57,020 nucleotides of DNA from a candidate division WOR-3 bacterium (GCA_026416055.1 JAOAFX010000004.1:1-57020), one strand, 5' to 3'. Shown: positions 37,665-47,366, numbered from the stretch's first letter. A program made the numbers and translations. Notes: generated by a model from the letters alone, not told the origin.

Positions 37665-39704
37665 ATGGCACAAAAAGGCTTAAAGAATATCGGATTCTTC
37701 GGGCACGCAGGCTGTGGCAAAACAACCTTTGCTGATGGAATTGCTTTTCTTTGCGGTGCCAATACCAGACTCGGTAAGGTAAGTGATGGCACGAGCATGT
37801 TCGATATCGACCCCGATGAACAGAAACGGGGCTGTAGCCTTTCTTTAGGCCTGGCGACATTTGATTACGAAGGTATAACCTTTAATGTTATTGATACGCC
37901 CGGTTACGCCGATTTTATCGGTGAGATGATGAGCGGTCTTTATGCAGTAGACATTTGTGTTATTATCGTTGATGCCACTACAGGCATCGCAGTTGGTACC
38001 GAAAGAATCTTAAGTGAAGCAACAAAGAGAAATCTTCCTATTGTTTTCTTTGTAAATAAACTTAAAAAAGAAAATACAGATTTCTATAATATTTTAAACG
38101 GATTACAGGAATTGTCAAAGAGCAAGATCCTTCCATTCAATCTACCCATTGGTGCATCAGAGAAATTTGAGGGAGTCGCAAATATAATAAAAGAGAAGGC
38201 ATATATCACCAGGGATGGCAAAACGATAGAAACTGAAATTCCTCAGGAATTAAAGGAAAAAGCTTCAAAATATCAGGAATTATTTATTGAGGTTGCTGCA
38301 GATAGCGATGATAATCTAATGAACAAATATCTTGAAACAGGTTCCTTAAGCATCCAGGAGTGCATACCCGCTGTAAAAAAGGCAGTCATTGAAAACAAAG
38401 CCATTCCCTGTTTTTGTGGTGATGCTCAGGAATTGATTGGCCTTCAGGATTTCCTTAATATGACCATTGAATTTTTGCCCTCTTATCATGAATTGCCGGA
38501 TATCACAATTGACGGGAACAATATAAAAAGGGATGAAAAGGAACCCTTTGTGGGTTATGTCTTTAAAACGATTGTTGAACCACATCTGGGTGAATTGTGT
38601 TATATAAAAGTACTGAGCGGTAGATTGAATATAGGTGATACGGTCAATAATACAACTCAGAATATTGAAGAGAAGATTTCCCAGATATATTTTATCAAAG
38701 GTAAAGAGAAAAAAGAAAGCAATTTTTTATCCACCGGTATGATTGCAGGATTGGTGAAATTGAAAAATACCCATACCGGGGATACGCTTGCTAAGACCAG
38801 CATAAAATTGCCAGCAATTGAATTTCCTCCTCCTTCGATTTCAATGGCAATCGTTCCCAAGGCAAAAGGTGATGAAGAGAAAATCTCCAATGGCTTAGCC
38901 AAATTGAGGGCAGAAGACCCAACTTTTAGTTTCACATATGACCATGAGATCAAACAATTGATCATATCTGGTGTTGGTGAACTCCATCTTGATGTGATTC
39001 TGGCACGCCTCCAGAGAAAATACGGTGTAAATGTTGAATTGACCCGGACAAAGATAAAATATCGTGAGACATTTACAAAAAAGACCGAAGCCCAGGGAAA
39101 ATATAAAAAGCAGACTGGAGGACACGGGCAGTACGGAGACTGCTGGCTCAGGGTCGAACCATTACCCCGCGGTTCGGGTATTCAATTCGCGGATGAAATT
39201 TTTGGTGGTGCCATACCTGCCCGTTACATTCCCTCGGTAGAAAAAGGGGTTCGTGAAGCCCTGGAAAAGGGATATCTTGCCGGTTATCCCATAACCGATG
39301 TCAAGGTGACGGTTTATGATGGCTCATACCATCCAGTCGATTCATCTGATATCGCATTCCAGATTGCAGCAGCTATGGCAATAAGGGCAAATGCAGAGAA
39401 AGGAAATGTAGTATTGCTGGAGCCGATAATGGAAGTTGAAGTATATGTTCCGGAAGAATTCATGGGCGATGTAATCGGTGATATCAATAGCCGGAGGGGT
39501 AAGATAATGGGTATGGAGGCAATCGGCAAAATCCAGGTTGTCAAAGCAATGGTACCAGAAGCCGAAATGTATAAATATTCGACGAGCCTCCGCTCCATGA
39601 CCCAGGGCCGGGGGTACTTCACCATGAAGTTCCACCACTATGAAGAGGTGCCCAGAGAAATAAGCCAGAAGATAATTGAGGAGGCAAAGAGAGAGAATAA
39701 ATAA
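37665..39704 (+). CDS. Elongation factor G paralog with divergent GTPase motifs (EF-G II-like)
   Basis: 679 aa with five-domain EF-G colinearity, including the domain IV loop SYHPVDSSDIAF. G1 is GHAGCGKT. G3 is DTPGY (Tyr codon 37905-37907 in place of the catalytic His). G4 is NKLK (38055-38066) instead of NKxD. Confidence 0.85.
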   Translation: MAQKGLKNIGFFGHAGCGKTTFADGIAFLCGANTRLGKVSDGTSMFDIDPDEQKRGCSLSLGLATFDYEGITFNVIDTPGYADFIGEMMSGLYAVDICVIIVDATTGIAVGTERILSEATKRNLPIVFFVNKLKKENTDFYNILNGLQELSKSKILPFNLPIGASEKFEGVANIIKEKAYITRDGKTIETEIPQELKEKASKYQELFIEVAADSDDNLMNKYLETGSLSIQECIPAVKKAVIENKAIPCFCGDAQELIGLQDFLNMTIEFLPSYHELPDITIDGNNIKRDEKEPFVGYVFKTIVEPHLGELCYIKVLSGRLNIGDTVNNTTQNIEEKISQIYFIKGKEKKESNFLSTGMIAGLVKLKNTHTGDTLAKTSIKLPAIEFPPPSISMAIVPKAKGDEEKISNGLAKLRAEDPTFSFTYDHEIKQLIISGVGELHLDVILARLQRKYGVNVELTRTKIKYRETFTKKTEAQGKYKKQTGGHGQYGDCWLRVEPLPRGSGIQFADEIFGGAIPARYIPSVEKGVREALEKGYLAGYPITDVKVTVYDGSYHPVDSSDIAFQIAAAMAIRANAEKGNVVLLEPIMEVEVYVPEEFMGDVIGDINSRRGKIMGMEAIGKIQVVKAMVPEAEMYKYSTSLRSMTQGRGYFTMKFHHYEEVPREISQKIIEEAKRENK

Positions 39705-40466
39705 ATGAGACCCCTGCTCATCAAGTTCGATGGCTTTGGTATTCCCAGTTACGGTACGATGCTTGTCATCTCTTTCATTGTTGCGTTATTCCTCGTCAAG
39801 CGTGAGGCAAAGAAACATGGCATCGCTCCGGTAACCATTGAAAATCTTGCATTCTGGTTGATGGTTGGAGTCATCATCGGAGGAAGGATTCTTTATGTAA
39901 TCTTCCACCCATCAGAATTCAGGGATGTGGTTAGCATCTTTGAAATCTGGAACGGAGGAATGATGTTCTTTGGTGGCTTCATAGGTGCTTTCATTGCTGG
40001 TGCTATTTATGTAAAGAAGCAAAATCTCTCAATCCCCGCGCTCGGCGACATGGTAAGCCCTTCTATTGCCCTTGGTGAATTTTTTACCCGGATAGGTTGT
40101 TTCTTAAATGGTTGTTGTTTCGGAACACCGACAACGCTTCCCTGGGGTGTCCGTTTTCCCGCGGGTTCATTTGCCTGGAATGCCGGGTTTGACCATCCTG
40201 TCCATCCCACCCAGTTATACTCTTCATTATTCGGATTGCTCCTATTTTTCTTCCTTCAGCGTATGCTATTGCACAAACATAAAGAAGGTCAGGTCTTTTC
40301 ATATTTTTTAATTTTTTATGGTGGATTCAGATTCGGAGTCGATTTTATAAGGTATTATGAAAATGTAAGTAATTTTTTGATCAATCAGATAATTTCAATC
40401 ATAATCGTCTTTGCCGGATTGATATTGCTTGTCAGGGCAAGGCAGGAGTCTCAACAATCTCCATAG
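39705..40466 (+). CDS. lgt: Prolipoprotein diacylglyceryl transferase
   Basis: 253 aa and polytopic, with Lgt motifs (GGRILYV, WNGGMMFFGG, HPTQLYSS). The ATG immediately follows the EF-G paralog stop. Confidence 0.92.
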   Translation: MRPLLIKFDGFGIPSYGTMLVISFIVALFLVKREAKKHGIAPVTIENLAFWLMVGVIIGGRILYVIFHPSEFRDVVSIFEIWNGGMMFFGGFIGAFIAGAIYVKKQNLSIPALGDMVSPSIALGEFFTRIGCFLNGCCFGTPTTLPWGVRFPAGSFAWNAGFDHPVHPTQLYSSLFGLLLFFFLQRMLLHKHKEGQVFSYFLIFYGGFRFGVDFIRYYENVSNFLINQIISIIIVFAGLILLVRARQESQQSP

Positions 40467-41607
40467 TCTTTTTTATCTTCTCCGCCAGGACTTCGGCTGA
40501 GACCGGCGCATCAAGGTTAATAAAATAAAGGTTCCATAGATTTTTAACCTTCCTTGAGATAACGATTCTTTTACCATCACTGCTCACCCGGGGATTCCAG
40601 TCAGGAACATCGTTATAAGTAAGACGTATCAAAATCTCTTTTTTAACATCGAACATATAGATTTCAAAATCACCATCGATATTTGAACGGAAAAATAGAT
40701 AATTACCAGCAAGATGCGGGTCAGTTTCATCATATTTTGTATAATAAAGCAAACGCTCACCAGTGCCGTCTGGCTTCATTATATAAATGTCCTCACTGCC
40801 ATTACGCTTCGAAGAAAAAACAATAAATTTCCCATCCGGTGTAAAAGAAGGAAAACCATCCCAGAAATTATTTCTGGTCAGCCGGAATGCATGCCTTCTG
40901 GGAAGATTTACTTTATATATTTCCCAGTTCCCATCGCGATTCGCTACATATACAATTTCATTACCGTCAGGTGAAAAGGAAGGCGAGAAATCTGTATAAT
41001 TATTATCGGTTAGTTTGATTGTGGAATCCTTTTTTATGTCATAAAGAAAAATTTCTTCATCACCATCGATATTTGATACATAGGCGACCATATCCCCTCT
41101 GGGCGAAAATGCCGGGTCAGTATTCATACCATACTTTGTCAGTTTTTTAATTATCATTCCATCGAGTTTGATTAAGTAGATATCTGCAATGTCCCTCTTT
41201 GCGGCAGCGACAGCAAGGATTTCGTTATCCGGTCCGAAGCAGCCTTTAAATTGATTCAGTCTACCCATCGGAATCGGACTCGATGAAAAAGGGTCTATTC
41301 TCAATGATTTCGCAATCATGAGTTTTAATTCCATGCTATCTTTTAAAGGTGAACCCATCTCCACAAGTTTCAGAAAGTGTTCATAGGATTTATTTAAAGA
41401 ATCAAGGTGGATATAAGCAAGGGAAAGGTTAAAGTGGATCTCGGGATTGAGGGAATCACGGGCCAGTGCAATGGTGAGTGATTTTATCGCTTCACGATAT
41501 TTTCCTTTCTTTATTGCTTCTGCCGCTCCTTTTACATCACCCTTGCGGGGACAGAAGAGTGTGGTGAATAGAAGTATTAAAATTAAAAGCTCAAAAAACT
41601 TTCTCAT
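40432..41607 (-). CDS. TPR + PD40/TolB-like beta-propeller periplasmic protein
   Basis: The ORF track starts at 41640. I prefer ATG 41607, which has AAGGAGG 6 nt upstream and gives the signal peptide MRKFFELLILILLF. Repeated PD40 blades follow (PAFSPRGDMVAYVSN..., FSPSFSPDGNEIVYV..., PSFTPDGKFIVFSS...). Confidence 0.7.
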   Translation of the reverse strand: MRKFFELLILILLFTTLFCPRKGDVKGAAEAIKKGKYREAIKSLTIALARDSLNPEIHFNLSLAYIHLDSLNKSYEHFLKLVEMGSPLKDSMELKLMIAKSLRIDPFSSSPIPMGRLNQFKGCFGPDNEILAVAAAKRDIADIYLIKLDGMIIKKLTKYGMNTDPAFSPRGDMVAYVSNIDGDEEIFLYDIKKDSTIKLTDNNYTDFSPSFSPDGNEIVYVANRDGNWEIYKVNLPRRHAFRLTRNNFWDGFPSFTPDGKFIVFSSKRNGSEDIYIMKPDGTGERLLYYTKYDETDPHLAGNYLFFRSNIDGDFEIYMFDVKKEILIRLTYNDVPDWNPRVSSDGKRIVISRKVKNLWNLYFINLDAPVSAEVLAEKIKKTMEIVETPALP

Positions 41608-42529
41608 CCTTACCTCCTTTTTTAAACATCTCAATACCAATCTTTATCGCATTCGACATTCCTGTAGCATCTGCAAGATTTTTGCCCGCAATATCAATTG
41701 CTGCTCCATATAAAGGCGAGAGCCTTATGATAGGCAGACCGAGTGTCCAGTTAACACCACCCTTTTTTGCCTTTAGATATACAAAACCCTGGTCATGATA
41801 CATAACCAGATATCCATCAAATTTTTTATTGAATAAAGTATCCGCAGGGAAAGGTCCAGAAACATCCAGACCTTTTTCTCTTGCCATTTTAATCCCCTGC
41901 CCAATGAATTTCTCTTCACCATAACTGAACTCGCTGCCATGAGGGTTCAATGCTGAAACTCCAATTTTCGGATTTTTCAGTCCAAAATATCTTCTGAGTC
42001 CGCGATCGAATAAAATCAATTTTTTGAAAATATCTTTTTTATTTATTGTTCTGGGAATATCAGCTATAGGCAAATGGGTTGTATAAAACATTATCCTTTT
42101 ATCCTGAAGGATACCCACCATAGCAAAGTCTTTTATTTTAAAATACCGGGCGAGATATTCAGTGTGACCGACAAAATTTTTAAAAAAACTTTTTATGACA
42201 CCCTTAACAATTGGAGCGGTTATGAGAATATCAGGCAAATCTTGAAGTGCTGCTTCAATTGAATTGAGAGCAACCCTTCCTGTGTTCTCATTTGGACTCC
42301 CGAATTTAAAATCGAAATCTAAAACGGCATCAATAACATAATCTTTTAATAGATTAAAATTATTCAGGAGGCCAAGCTTCCTTGCAGTCTTTTCAAGGAT
42401 CTTTCTATTACCATAGACAACAGGCTTATACTTAAGGAATCGGGGTAGAGCCTTCAAAATCAACTCTGGACCGATGCCTGAAGGATCACCGAGTGTCACT
42501 GCAATCTTCATAGTACTCTGAGACTTCAC
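41591..42529 (-). CDS. pdxA: 4-hydroxythreonine-4-phosphate dehydrogenase
   Basis: 312 aa with IAVTLGDPSGIGPEL and the HTEYL metal-site motif. The start is either GTG 42529 or ATG 42511. Confidence 0.88.
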   Translation of the reverse strand: MKSQSTMKIAVTLGDPSGIGPELILKALPRFLKYKPVVYGNRKILEKTARKLGLLNNFNLLKDYVIDAVLDFDFKFGSPNENTGRVALNSIEAALQDLPDILITAPIVKGVIKSFFKNFVGHTEYLARYFKIKDFAMVGILQDKRIMFYTTHLPIADIPRTINKKDIFKKLILFDRGLRRYFGLKNPKIGVSALNPHGSEFSYGEEKFIGQGIKMAREKGLDVSGPFPADTLFNKKFDGYLVMYHDQGFVYLKAKKGGVNWTLGLPIIRLSPLYGAAIDIAGKNLADATGMSNAIKIGIEMFKKGGKDEKVF

Positions 42530-42740
42530 TCTTTTTCACATTGCCCTGAGGAATTTTTAGAATTCTGTATCTTTTAATCCCTTTTACTGTCTCTATCTCA
42601 ACTAAATCGTTTACCTTTACCACCTTTGCCGGACGGGCAGTTATGCCATTTATCTTTACCAGCCCTTTATCACACAGTTCCTTTGCTGCTGACCGCTGTT
42701 TGATAATCAGTGTTTTTTTTAAAAAAAGATCAAGCCGCAT
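42486..42740 (-). CDS. S4-domain RNA-binding protein (Hsp15/YlmH-like small protein)
   Basis: 84 aa. MRLDLFLKKTLIIKQRSAAKELCDKGLVKINGITARPAKVVKVNDLVEI is a classic S4 fold signature. Confidence 0.75.
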   Translation of the reverse strand: MRLDLFLKKTLIIKQRSAAKELCDKGLVKINGITARPAKVVKVNDLVEIETVKGIKRYRILKIPQGNVKKSEVSEYYEDCSDTR

Positions 42741-42749
42741 AATATCTTG

Positions 42750-42777
42750 ATTATAAAAGATTTTTACCGAAAGTCAA
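42750..42777 (-). promoter_or_regulatory. Consensus promoter TTGACT-N16-TATAAT, 9 nt upstream of ATG 42740 (near-leaderless)
   Basis: Reverse complement of 42772-42777 is TTGACT and of 42750-42755 is TATAAT. Confidence 0.55.
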
Positions 42778-42781
42778 TATA

Positions 42782-42809
42782 TTGACTTCTCAGGCTTTTT
42801 AATTATAAT
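42782..42809 (+). promoter_or_regulatory. Consensus promoter TTGACT-N16-TATAAT for the aldehyde dehydrogenase-aminotransferase operon
   Basis: TTGACT at 42782-42787 and TATAAT at 42804-42809. SD AAAGGAG precedes ATG 42833. Confidence 0.6.
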
Positions 42810-42832
42810 CTTTATCTACAAAGGAGCAAAAA

Positions 42833-44323
42833 ATGAAGGAATACAAAAATTTTATAAATGGCAAATTCGTTGATTCAAAATCCGGTAGGACATTTGAAAA
42901 CAGGAATCCTGCAAACTGGGATGAACTTATCGGTATCTTTCCGAAGTCCAACGCTGAAGATTTGAATATGGCGGTTGAGGCGGCAAAAAAAGCCTATACA
43001 AAGTGGCGTTCAGTTCCGCTTCCTAAAAAAGCAGAGATAATGAGGCGCGCTGCCGAAATCATGATTGCAAGAAAAGAAGAGGCGGCAAGATTGATGACCC
43101 GGGAAATGGGTAAGATTATAAAAGAAACGAGGGGTGATTACCAGGAAGGGATTGATACCGCGCTTTTTGCTGCAGGACAGGGTAGAAGGTATTTCGGTTA
43201 TACCGTACCTTCAGAACTGCCTAATAAAATATGTTTTACCCGCAGGGACCCACTCGGTGTGTGGGGTCTCATAACACCCTGGAATTTTCCGGTTGCGATA
43301 CCCTCATGGAAGATCTTTCCCTGTATCCTGAGTGGTAACACTGCAATAATAAAACCAGCAACCGATACCCCTGCATCGGCTGGTGAACTGGTTCAAGTTC
43401 TCCATGAGGCAGGATTACCCGAAGGAGTTTTGAATATTGTCTATGGTGGTGGTGGTGAGATTGGAGAGGCGATGCTCAGCCATCCAGATATCGTGGGAAT
43501 ATCATTTACTGGCTCATCGGACATCGGCAGGAGGATTGGTGAGGTCTGCGGTAAAACCCTCAAACGCTGTTCTCTGGAACTGGGTGGTAAGAATGGACAG
43601 GTTGTACTTGCGGATGCGAATTTAGAACTTGCCCTTGATGGGGTCGTCTGGGGAGCATTTGGAACTACTGGTCAGCGGTGCACTGCAACATCAAGATTGA
43701 TCCTGGAAGAACCAATTTATGACAAATTTATCGAAATGCTTAAGGCAAGGGTTGAAAAATTGAAATTGGGTAATGGTCTTGATGAAACGGTTGATGTAGG
43801 TCCACTCGTAAACAAGGCACAGAGGGATACTGTGGCAATGTATGTTGAAATTGGGAAAAAGGAAGGGGCTAAATTATTGACCGGTGGTGAACCATATACT
43901 GAAGGTGAATGTGCCAAGGGATGGTTTTATAAACCCACGGTATTTATTGATGTTCTACCCACAATGAGAATCGCGCAGGAAGAAATTTTCGGTCCTGTTC
44001 TTTCAGTAATCAAGGCAAAGGATTTTGAAGAAGCAATAAAAATTCTCAATGGGACAACCTATGGGTTATCTTCAAGTATATATACGAATGACCTGAACAA
44101 GGCTCAGAAGGCGATAGAACTTGCAGAGACCGGTATTGTTTATATCAATGCCCCCACAATCGGTGCAGAATGCCATCTTCCGTTTGGCGGCATGAAGAAT
44201 ACCGGTAATGGACACCGTGAGGGTGGCTGGACTGCCTATGAGATATTTACGGAAGTAAAAACTGTCTATATTGATTACTCGGGAACACTGCAGAGAGCAC
44301 AGATAGACACCTGGAATGAATGA
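42833..44323 (+). CDS. NAD(P)-dependent aldehyde dehydrogenase family protein
   Basis: 496 aa with PWNFP, ELGGKN and the catalytic Cys in GQRCTATSR, plus EEIFGPV. Substrate cannot be assigned from sequence. Confidence 0.88.
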   Translation: MKEYKNFINGKFVDSKSGRTFENRNPANWDELIGIFPKSNAEDLNMAVEAAKKAYTKWRSVPLPKKAEIMRRAAEIMIARKEEAARLMTREMGKIIKETRGDYQEGIDTALFAAGQGRRYFGYTVPSELPNKICFTRRDPLGVWGLITPWNFPVAIPSWKIFPCILSGNTAIIKPATDTPASAGELVQVLHEAGLPEGVLNIVYGGGGEIGEAMLSHPDIVGISFTGSSDIGRRIGEVCGKTLKRCSLELGGKNGQVVLADANLELALDGVVWGAFGTTGQRCTATSRLILEEPIYDKFIEMLKARVEKLKLGNGLDETVDVGPLVNKAQRDTVAMYVEIGKKEGAKLLTGGEPYTEGECAKGWFYKPTVFIDVLPTMRIAQEEIFGPVLSVIKAKDFEEAIKILNGTTYGLSSSIYTNDLNKAQKAIELAETGIVYINAPTIGAECHLPFGGMKNTGNGHREGGWTAYEIFTEVKTVYIDYSGTLQRAQIDTWNE

Positions 44324-44349
44324 ATCCCTGAGAGGCTTTTCATTTAAAA

Positions 44350-45678
44350 ATGAAAAGACCGAGAATAATTACTGATTTACCAGGTCCTAAAGCAAAAGAA
44401 TTTTTAAGAAGGGATTCGAAATATATCTCACCTTCTTATACCAGGGCTTATCCAGCAGTGATTGAAAAAGGCAGTGGAGTATGGGTCACCGATGTTGATG
44501 GAAATGAATTTCTGGATTTCTCTTCAGGTATTGCGGTTCTTGCCACTGGTCACTGCCATCCTGAGATTGTAAAAGTAATCAAGGAACAGGCAGAAAAATT
44601 GCTCCACATGTCGGGAACTGATTTCTATTATCCATATCAAATAGACCTTGCAGAAAAACTCGCTGAAATTGCTCCGGGCGGCAAGAATAAAAGAGTTTTC
44701 TTTGGCAATTCGGGTGCTGAAGCTATAGAATGTGCGATGAAACTTGCCCGTTATCAGACCCGGCGGCCCAGGTATATCGCTTTTACCGGTGCATTCCATG
44801 GTCGGACATTCGGTGCTTTATCTTTAACCTCATCAAAGGCTGGACAGAGAAGATTTTTTGGTCCGTTATTGCCTGATGTAACACATGTGCCTTATGCGTA
44901 TTGTTATCGCTGTCCTTTTAACCTTTCCTACCCTTCCTGTAATCTTGAATGTGTGAAATATATTGAAGAAGTTGTCTTCAAAAAAGTTGCGCCTCCTGAA
45001 GAAGTCTCTGCGATATTTGTAGAACCGATTCAGGGCGAAGGTGGATATGTCGTACCACCCGATGGCTTCCTTCCGGCATTGAGAAAGTTGTGTAATGATT
45101 ATGATATAATTCTGGTTGATGATGAGGTGCAAACCGGTATGGGAAGAACTGGCAAAATGTTTGCGATTGAACACTTCAACACAAAAGCAGATATGTACTG
45201 CATTGCAAAAGGTATTGCTTCAGGATTACCACTCGGAGTATGTGTTGCAAATAGCAGTCTGATGGACTGGCCACCAGGTGCACATGCTTCAACCTTTGGC
45301 GGCAATCCCGTATCCTGTGTATCGGCATTGAAGACGATTGAATTACTGGAAAATGGCTTGATTGATAATGCAGCAAGGCTTGGAGAAATTGCCCTGAAAA
45401 GATTGAATGAATGGAAAGAGAGGTATGATTTTATCGGCGATGTTCGTGGAAAGGGCTTGATGCTCGGGATTGAATTCGTATCGGATAAAAAGACCAAAAC
45501 TCCGGTAAAAGATAAAAGGGATGGGGTTGTTTATGAGGCATTTAAACAGGGGTTATTGATACTCGGTGCCGGTGAGACAGCAATAAGGCTTATCCCCCCG
45601 CTCGTAATAAACGAAGAAGAACTCCAAACAGGGCTCGATATACTTGAAGAGGCAGTAAAAAAGGTATTCAGGGTTTAA
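44350..45678 (+). CDS. Class-III PLP-dependent aminotransferase (GABA/acetylornithine aminotransferase-like)
   Basis: 442 aa with FGNSGAEAIE, DDEVQTGMGRTGKMFA and a PLP-Lys region (IAKGIASG). Paired with the upstream ALDH. Confidence 0.88.
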   Translation: MKRPRIITDLPGPKAKEFLRRDSKYISPSYTRAYPAVIEKGSGVWVTDVDGNEFLDFSSGIAVLATGHCHPEIVKVIKEQAEKLLHMSGTDFYYPYQIDLAEKLAEIAPGGKNKRVFFGNSGAEAIECAMKLARYQTRRPRYIAFTGAFHGRTFGALSLTSSKAGQRRFFGPLLPDVTHVPYAYCYRCPFNLSYPSCNLECVKYIEEVVFKKVAPPEEVSAIFVEPIQGEGGYVVPPDGFLPALRKLCNDYDIILVDDEVQTGMGRTGKMFAIEHFNTKADMYCIAKGIASGLPLGVCVANSSLMDWPPGAHASTFGGNPVSCVSALKTIELLENGLIDNAARLGEIALKRLNEWKERYDFIGDVRGKGLMLGIEFVSDKKTKTPVKDKRDGVVYEAFKQGLLILGAGETAIRLIPPLVINEEELQTGLDILEEAVKKVFRV

Positions 45679-45689
45679 CTGTTTTTAAA

Positions 45690-45747
45690 GTGTAGCGACA
45701 GGTTTATTCTGCAAAAATAAATAGGGGACTTTTCAGTCCCCTACATT
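45690..45747. repeat. Two REP-like elements between convergent genes; the second is an 8-bp-stem hairpin that could act as a bidirectional terminator
   Basis: GTGTAGCGACAGGTTTATTCTGC (45690-45712). AGGGGACT-TTTC-AGTCCCCT (45723-45742) is followed by ACATT, so its reverse complement reads AATGTAGGGGACTGAAAAGTCCCCT. Confidence 0.5.
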
Positions 45748-45764
45748 TCTGTTCAATATCAATT

Positions 45765-46244
45765 CTATGGATTTCTGTATAAACCAAATTGACATTGAGC
45801 GGTATCGGTCCTTGTTCCATAGTAATCGTCATAAGCAATGAATGAAATCTGCGCCTTTGCCTCATAGGTATTGGTGCTTGTTAAGTAGATAAGGACTGTA
45901 TCAACAGGTAATGGCATATTTTCAAGGATAGATGTATCCACTTCTGCTGGCTCAACAATTCCCTGTACTTTCACATATATCGGAATTTCAAAAGGTCCGA
46001 AGAATCTTGTACCGTCTTTTGCATAGTACTCCCATACCACTTGTTTCACCGTGCAATCGACGGAATTCTTGGCAACGAATTTTATTTCTTCAATCTCGGC
46101 AAACCCACCACCATCTACTGGTGCTGCCACTGGATTAATAAAAGTAACCTCTATATCTGGCTTCAGTTCCACAGACTCTCTGGCAAAGTCGCAGGCGACA
46201 AATAACATTACCGCCGCCATTATAGCAAGAATTTTTCTCATCAT
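45765..46244 (-). CDS. Hypothetical lipoprotein
   Basis: 159 aa with a signal peptide ending in the lipobox LFVAC. SD AAGGAGG. Downstream of capA. Confidence 0.5.
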   Translation of the reverse strand: MMRKILAIMAAVMLFVACDFARESVELKPDIEVTFINPVAAPVDGGGFAEIEEIKFVAKNSVDCTVKQVVWEYYAKDGTRFFGPFEIPIYVKVQGIVEPAEVDTSILENMPLPVDTVLIYLTSTNTYEAKAQISFIAYDDYYGTRTDTAQCQFGLYRNP

Positions 46245-46281
46245 ACCTCCTTGATAATTTTATTATTTTATCCAATATTTT

Positions 46282-47313
46282 TTATTTGTCAAGGGGTGAT
46301 ACATCTCTTCTTCTGCTCAATATCTTGCCATCCTTTGTAAAGGCAGGAGCAGTTTCAGGAAAATCTTCAAGGCTCAAATTTTTTATAAGATTGAAGGCAC
46401 ATTGGAGTGAGTCTATTTCAAGAATCCCGCCGGGTCTCTGTACTGCTGAAATTATCTCACCTTCAATAAAAATGCCTGTGGAATCAAGGGCAACCCTCAA
46501 AATCGGTGCATAACCCCTGCAACCTTCAATATTGAACCCATAAGTAAAGAAATTACCCAGACTGTAAGCAATCAGACGGTCTTTATATATTTCAATCGCC
46601 CTTGGCACATGGGGACCATGCCCCCAGACTAAATCTGCCCCGCTATCAATGACTGCCCTTGAAAATTTTACCACATTACCCCTTGGCTGTCCAAGAAAAT
46701 ATTCAATAGTGTCTTTCGTATGGAGAAAATTTGTTCCCTCACCACCACCGTGGAAAGTAACGATCACGATATCATACTCTTTCGCCTTCTGGGCAACAGT
46801 CCTCTGGGCACCGGAAATATCAAGTATTGAATTACCCCAGGGTGCCTGAGAAAAGGAAATGATACAAATTTTTCGGTTTTTGACTATAAATTCTCCGTTT
46901 TTTTCGTCTGTGCCATACTGTATTCCCCATTCATTAAGGGCGTGTATTGTTGAAGTCAACCCTTCTGTACCGAAATCATTTATATGATTGTTCTTCAGAT
47001 TCATAAAATCAAATCCGGCTTCAGCAAGATATTGAGCATAGCGGGGCGGCGTCCGGAAAGCATAGACTTTTCCTTTTTCAATCTTCTTTGTACATTCTCC
47101 TTTATCAGTTAGTGGTCCTTCAAGATTGCCCATGGTTAAATCCGCGTCTTTTAAAATTTCAGCAACAACAGTAAATATTTTCTTTCCATCATCTGGTGGC
47201 AACCTGACTTCAGGATATGTCGTCCCCATCATGATATCGCCGACCGCCACAATTCTCAATGTATCACTGAATAACAGTCCAGCAAAAAGCAACAAGATTA
47301 AGATTTCTTTCAT
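46282..47313 (-). CDS. CapA-family (PGA_cap) metallophosphatase-like protein
   Basis: 343 aa with a signal peptide and the RIVAVGDIMMG, NLEGP, N(N)HINDFG and TFHGGGEG motifs of the CapA family. Confidence 0.8.
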   Translation of the reverse strand: MKEILILLLFAGLLFSDTLRIVAVGDIMMGTTYPEVRLPPDDGKKIFTVVAEILKDADLTMGNLEGPLTDKGECTKKIEKGKVYAFRTPPRYAQYLAEAGFDFMNLKNNHINDFGTEGLTSTIHALNEWGIQYGTDEKNGEFIVKNRKICIISFSQAPWGNSILDISGAQRTVAQKAKEYDIVIVTFHGGGEGTNFLHTKDTIEYFLGQPRGNVVKFSRAVIDSGADLVWGHGPHVPRAIEIYKDRLIAYSLGNFFTYGFNIEGCRGYAPILRVALDSTGIFIEGEIISAVQRPGGILEIDSLQCAFNLIKNLSLEDFPETAPAFTKDGKILSRRRDVSPLDK

Positions 47314-47319
47314 ATCTCC

Positions 47320-47347
47320 ATTTTATTCAGATATGATAAACAATCAA
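47320..47347 (-). promoter_or_regulatory. Candidate promoter TTGATT-N16-TAAAAT, 6 nt upstream of ATG 47313 (leaderless configuration)
   Basis: Reverse complement of 47342-47347 is TTGATT and of 47320-47325 is TAAAAT. Confidence 0.45.
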
Positions 47348-47366
47348 GAAAAAAATGCAAAAGAAT

